The notes under the pieces are model-generated. The model ran no database searches. It saw nothing but the letters and a program-made list of their open reading frames with translations, and was not told where the DNA came from. Of a stretch of 64,000 bases of DNA, positions 59,613-64,000 are shown one piece after another (within the stretch, counting starts at the first letter, position 1; each line of letters starts with the position of its first letter). This DNA is from Pseudonocardiaceae bacterium (GTDB lineage Bacteria > Actinomycetota > Actinomycetes > Mycobacteriales > Pseudonocardiaceae): contig JBOHGM010000007.1 in assembly GCA_050699435.1 (NCBI GenBank), positions 3,928-67,927 of the forward strand, written 5' to 3'. A program made the position numbers and the translations under genes.

Positions 59613-60759
59613 TCATGGCGAAGCCTGCCACAGCGCGCTAAGTGGCATGGCTCGCAGGCGAGGGCCGAAGGGCAGTGTCTGGTCGCCGGTGTACAGGACA
59701 ATGCCGACCACGAAGTCGTTGCCCAGTCGCTCGGCGAGGTGGCGAAGTCCCCGAAAGTCCTCAGCGCGGACCGTCGATGCTGCTTTGACCTCCACGCCGA
59801 CGACGTGGCCCCGACGGTTCTCCAGAACCGCGTCGACCTCGGTCTTGTCCCGAGTGCGGTAATGGAACAGCTCCACCCGCTCATCTGACCACGTGAGCTG
59901 ACGTGCCAACTCCATGAGCACGAAACCTTCCAATAGCGGTCCGAACGGAGCGCCGGGGCGCAGCAGTTGGTCCGGTTCGGCGGCGAGGAGGTTCGCCGCC
60001 ACACCGGAATCGACCATGGCGACCTTGGGCGTACCGATCGTGCGGGTACTCAGGACCGGATCGCGCGGCGAGGAGCCTGATCAATGCTCGCATCTCGCCG
60101 GTCCGCTCGATCTCCGATAGGTGGCTCACGTCGCGGCTTATCAGGTCCGCGACGTAGGAATCGAGGAAGCGTTCGCGTCGACGTGGCTGTGTTCGTGCGA
60201 CTGCTTCCGGGAAGCCGCCGCGCACGACGCGCTGGGCGTATTCGGCGCGCTGCAGGGGAGAATCGACGTGCAGGTCAGGTCCACGACTGAACACGGCATC
60301 GACGAAACCATCCGGTGAGCCGTCTATTTCTCCCTGCGAGAACGGCCAGAGTTCGATGGTCTCCATCCGGCCGGGCAACGCATCAGGTAGCGTTCGCAGC
60401 CCCAGCACACGGGCCGAACCGGTCAGCAGAAAGTGACCCGGCCGCGGGTCCCTGTCCACACTTTCCTTGATGGCGAGCAAGAGTTCCGGGACACGCTGGA
60501 TCTCGTCGATGACCATCGGCGTCGGCAGATCGATGAAGCCGGTGGGATCCTCCTCGGCGGCTTGCCGGGTGACAGCTCGGTCGAGGGTCCGCCACTCGGC
60601 GCCGCGCGCAGCGCTCACCAGCTGAACCAGGGTGCTCTTCCCGCATTGCCGCGCACCGTTGATGAGAACGACCCGGGTGTCCCGCAATGCCTCGTTGACC
60701 GCCCGCTCTGCGCGTCGCGGTAGCAGCCTGCCCAGCGGAGGCTCCGGAACAGACGTCAC
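59613..60759 (-). pseudogene. AAA_14/DUF4143-type ATPase with an internal deletion plus frameshift near 60040
   Basis: The N-terminal part reads LLPRRAERAVNEALRDTRVVLINGARQCGKSTLV...MVIDEIQRVPELLLAIK...FLLTGSA. The frame breaks after LIRLLAARSG. The second frame gives TPKVAMVDSGVAANLL...VDAVLENRRGHVVGVEVKAAS. About 35 residues expected between the parts are missing. The start is uncertain (60759, 60807 or 60864). Confidence 0.72.
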
Positions 60760-60932
60760 GTGCCAAGCATGCCACGTAGCATGATCGACGCCTAATCTGC
60801 CGCCCATGACGTGCGCATCCTGCCGCTGCTGTGCTGCGTAATCTGCCGTCTGGTTGCTGCGCATCCTGCCGCTGCCTGGCCGGATGTCTACGACAAGATC
60901 ACGCCAGCTGGGGCGGTCGCGTCACAGGTCCA

Positions 60933-62696
60933 TCAGTGCTGGTGCAGGGGGTTCGGGACGCGGCCGTGCACCGCAGCGTGCGGGCGTTCCGGGCGGTCGC
61001 GGTATCCGTCGAGCAGCAGCCGGTTGCGGTTCAGGCACAGCCGCTGCAGGTCCGGCGCCAGCAGGTCGAACAAGGTGAAGCGCTCGGTGAGCTCGGGGAA
61101 GCGTTTCTGGTAGGCCAGGATCTCGTCGCGAACCAGTGACCAGAACTCGGTCTCGGCTACGCCCAGATGCATGTCGAACAGATCGCCCAGATACCGGAAG
61201 TGCCCGACGAACAGACCGCTCTGGATGAACTGGCAGAGCATCTCCGGCGGCTCGGTGAGCAACACCTCGGCAACGTCCGGGGGTATGTCAGTCAGTTCCG
61301 GCAGCGGTGCATCGGACACGTTGACGTCGTCGACGAAGTCTTTCACCGCGAGCCGGGCAGGCACGTAGTCGGCGTCGAAGACGACGATGGTGTTCTCGCC
61401 GTGCGGGGAGAACACCACGCCGTAGCGGTACAGGAAGTGCAGCAGCGGCGGCAGCAGCGCCCCGACCAGGCGCTGCAGCCACTCCCGGGGTGCCAGGCCG
61501 GACCGGGCGACCAACTCGGCCACCAGTGGCCGGCCTGCACAGTCGATCTGCAGCAGGCAAGCCAGCGTGCGGGCGTGCTCCGACCGGTCCAGCTTGGTGA
61601 AGATTGACTCCCGCCAGATCGCCCCGAGCAGCTCCAGGTACTGGTACGGCACGCCAGGGATCCGTTCCAGCACCGGGTGGTTCACCGTGACCGAGGCGAC
61701 CTCGCCCAGCAGCACCACCCGGGTCTCGTCACGCAGGAAGGCGTCCTGAGCGGCCAGCCCCAGGATCCAGGACGTCACCGCGGGCGCGGCCAGCGTGCGC
61801 TCGGTGGGCAGGCCGCGCCACACCAGGGTGTTGAGGATCGACATCGGCAGCTTGACGTGTCGCCGCCCAGGAGTGTCGATATTGCTGAACGTGCGAACCG
61901 ACTGCTGCGCCAGATACCGGTCCGGGCCGTCGCCGAGCGGCACGATCCGGCCGGCGGCGACCTCAGCGGCGAATACCGGCACCACGATCTCGTCCCATTG
62001 CCAGGGGTGCACCGGCAGCCAGTGGAACTCCGCGGGGTCCGCGAGAGCCCCGAACCGTTCCGTGGTGGCGTCGTCCAGCTCCTCGGCGAGCAGCCGCCCC
62101 GCGTCGAGCCCTTCGACACCGCGGTAGCGGGCGAGGCTGTGGTGCACCGCCATCCACGGCAACCGCAGCGGACGCCGCGCCTCCGGCACGTACCGCGCGG
62201 CGTCGGAGGCGGAGAAGCCCAGCCGTCCCTTGTTCGGGATCAGCCAGGGATGCCCGGTCTGGTGGCCTTCCAGCTCCGCGTAGGGCAGATCAGCCAGCTC
62301 GGCGGCGGTGCGCTGGTCGGCGAGCAGGCGGGTGTCCGCGGCCAGCGTCGCGGAGAGCTCGCGGACCAGGTGCCCGGCGGTGTCACCGGAGAGGCCCAGC
62401 TTTTCCTGGGCGTCCAGCACGAACTGCAACGGATCGGTGCCCGCTGCCTGCCGCCCGTCCGCCGTGTGTCGCAGCACGGAGGACGGCTCCACCCGCCAGG
62501 CACCGAAGGCGCCGCGGCGGGCAGCGAACGTGTAGCCGACGCCGCCGCCGACGTCGACCCGGTAGTCGTTGTCCCCGACGGCAACCGGGTCGAGCAGCTG
62601 CTCGTAGCTCAGCTCAGCGAGCATCTTGGCCATCAGGTCGCGTCCGGCGCGCCGCCAGGCGGACGCCGTGAGCTCAGCGGGCAGGGACAGGGACAT
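60933..62696 (-). CDS. IucA/IucC family NRPS-independent siderophore synthetase
   Basis: 587 aa with family patterns GHPWLIPNKGRLGFS, VRTFSNI, HVKLPMSILNTLVWRGLP and SPHGENTIVV, plus a FhuF-like C-terminus. Confidence 0.88.
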   Translation of the reverse strand: MSLSLPAELTASAWRRAGRDLMAKMLAELSYEQLLDPVAVGDNDYRVDVGGGVGYTFAARRGAFGAWRVEPSSVLRHTADGRQAAGTDPLQFVLDAQEKLGLSGDTAGHLVRELSATLAADTRLLADQRTAAELADLPYAELEGHQTGHPWLIPNKGRLGFSASDAARYVPEARRPLRLPWMAVHHSLARYRGVEGLDAGRLLAEELDDATTERFGALADPAEFHWLPVHPWQWDEIVVPVFAAEVAAGRIVPLGDGPDRYLAQQSVRTFSNIDTPGRRHVKLPMSILNTLVWRGLPTERTLAAPAVTSWILGLAAQDAFLRDETRVVLLGEVASVTVNHPVLERIPGVPYQYLELLGAIWRESIFTKLDRSEHARTLACLLQIDCAGRPLVAELVARSGLAPREWLQRLVGALLPPLLHFLYRYGVVFSPHGENTIVVFDADYVPARLAVKDFVDDVNVSDAPLPELTDIPPDVAEVLLTEPPEMLCQFIQSGLFVGHFRYLGDLFDMHLGVAETEFWSLVRDEILAYQKRFPELTERFTLFDLLAPDLQRLCLNRNRLLLDGYRDRPERPHAAVHGRVPNPLHQH

Positions 62697-62726
62697 TCGT
62701 CACCTCCGGGGACGTGGACGCCCGAA

Positions 62727-64000
62727 TCACGGGACACCGAAAGTCGTGTAGGCGGTGCGGGCCGGCAGCGGGTACACCGGACGTGCAGTGACGGCGTTGA
62801 GAATCACCGCTGCCCGGTACGCCCCGAGCCCCAGGTCGGGGGCTCCGACCCCGTGGGTGTGCGCCTCGGCATTCTGCACGTACAGCCCCGCGGGTACCCC
62901 CTGGTCGAGTGCCACCCGGTACTGCTCGTCGACCTGGTAGCGGCCTTGCTCGTCCAGGTCGAGCAGCCCGGCCAGGGGTTGCAGGCACTCCGGCTGACGG
63001 GGCGCGTATCCGGTGGCGAGCACCACCCGGTCGGTCTGCACGGTGAACTCGCGGCCCTCCATGGTGTGCCTGCAGGACAGTTCCACGCCGTCACCTCCAT
63101 GTACGGCTGAGGTCACCGCGACGTCGGGAGTGATCGTCACATCCGGCTGGACCCCGCCGATGCCGCGCTCGTAGAGCAGGTCGTGGATGTCGGCGATCGT
63201 GTCTGCGCTGATCGCCTTGTACAGCTGCCACTGGGACGCCACCAGCGCGTCCCGGGTGGCCGCCGGGAGCCCGCGGAAGTACCGCGTGTAGTCCGGGGTG
63301 AAGTGCTCCAGGCCCAGCTTCGAGTACTCCATCGGAGCGAACGCGGGGGAGCGGGTGAGCCAGCGCAGCCGCCACCCGGTCTCGGTCTGCCGTCGCAGCA
63401 GGTCGACGAAAACCTCGGCGCCGGACTGGCCCGACCCGATCACCGTGATGTCGCGCGCCTCGTACAACGACTCGGCAGCGTCGAGGTAGTCAGCGGAGTG
63501 GAAGACCTCTTTGCCGAGCAGCGCGCGCAGCGGTTCGGGCACCACCGGTTCGGTCCCGACTCCGAGCACCACGTTGCGCGCCCGCAGCCCGGCGGGATGC
63601 GCAGCGTCGGTCTCCACGACGAACACCTTGTCCGCCGGGTCGAAGCGCACCGCCCGGACCCGGGTGCCGAACCGGCAGGACGGCAGGGCGTCGGCGACCC
63701 AGCGGCAGTAGTGGTCGTACTCGCGGCGCGGCACGTGGAACCGCTCGGCGAAGTAGAACGGGAACAGCCGGTCGTGCGCCCGCAGATAGGACAGGAACGA
63801 CCATCTGCTCGTCGGGTCCACCAGCGTCACCAGATCGGCCAGGAACGGCACCTGCAGCGTGGTGCCCTCGATGAGCATCCCGGGGTGCCAGGAGAACCCG
63901 GGCTTGGCGTCGAGGAACACCGCGGAGGTGCCGGGCACCGCGTCGGCGAGGGCGGCCAGCGCCAGGTTGAACGGTCCAATACCGACTCCGACGATGTCGT
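62727..64000 (-). CDS. lysine/ornithine/diamine N-monooxygenase (IucD/AlcA/DesB family); the 5' end runs past the window
   Basis: Upstream of the listed ORF, the frame continues as DIVGVGIGPFNLALAALADA (FAD GxGxxP/N motif) up to the window edge. NADPH motif: VIGSGQSGAE. It also has FSWHPGML and LATGY. Confidence 0.88.
   Translation of the reverse strand, partial: DIVGVGIGPFNLALAALADAVPGTSAVFLDAKPGFSWHPGMLIEGTTLQVPFLADLVTLVDPTSRWSFLSYLRAHDRLFPFYFAERFHVPRREYDHYCRWVADALPSCRFGTRVRAVRFDPADKVFVVETDAAHPAGLRARNVVLGVGTEPVVPEPLRALLGKEVFHSADYLDAAESLYEARDITVIGSGQSGAEVFVDLLRRQTETGWRLRWLTRSPAFAPMEYSKLGLEHFTPDYTRYFRGLPAATRDALVASQWQLYKAISADTIADIHDLLYERGIGGVQPDVTITPDVAVTSAVHGGDGVELSCRHTMEGREFTVQTDRVVLATGYAPRQPECLQPLAGLLDLDEQGRYQVDEQYRVALDQGVPAGLYVQNAEAHTHGVGAPDLGLGAYRAAVILNAVTARPVYPLPARTAYTTFGVP

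Overview
High-GC (about 70%) actinomycete chromosomal segment, Pseudonocardiales/Corynebacteriales-like. Most of it is conserved housekeeping DNA. Gene order matches two Mycobacterium tuberculosis neighbourhoods: ponA2-Rv3683, and thrS through rarA (Rv2614c to Rv2559c). The second block carries thrS, a HIT gene, PI synthase, PatA-like acyltransferase, pimA, pdxS/pdxT, yebC, ruvCAB, yajC-secDF, apt, relA, ppiB, an MBL hydrolase, a radical-SAM gene, aspS and rarA.

Accessory or decayed DNA interrupts this core at five places:
1. 1-1404: a multiply disrupted tyrosine integrase abutting a tRNA Glu-Asp-Phe cluster.
2. 10.1-15.3 kb, next to tRNA-Pro: a lower-GC islet. It holds a truncated large serine recombinase, a dead IS30 element with recognisable inverted repeats, a TIR-domain gene with an uncharacterised partner, a duplicated 3' end of the neighbouring CYTH-CHAD gene, and an orphan siderophore-binding lipoprotein gene.
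3. 44.7-48.4 kb: a zinc-ribbon/membrane gene pair divergent from an HTH-NB-ARC-TPR STAND NTPase.
4. 57.4-60.8 kb: a defence-like islet that is largely degraded (DUF262 fragment, retropepsin-like protease, HTH-like protein, DUF4143 ATPase).
5. 60.9-64 kb: the start of an NIS siderophore cluster.

Other notable items are a 322-aa LAGLIDADG intein splitting the CxxxCxxC motif of the radical-SAM gene, three short intergenic tandem repeats, and a probable pseudokinase. The best candidate for an undescribed system is the TIR gene plus its partner at 12.1-13.6 kb, but this copy looks damaged. All calls rest on reading the translations and motifs by eye; no database search was run.
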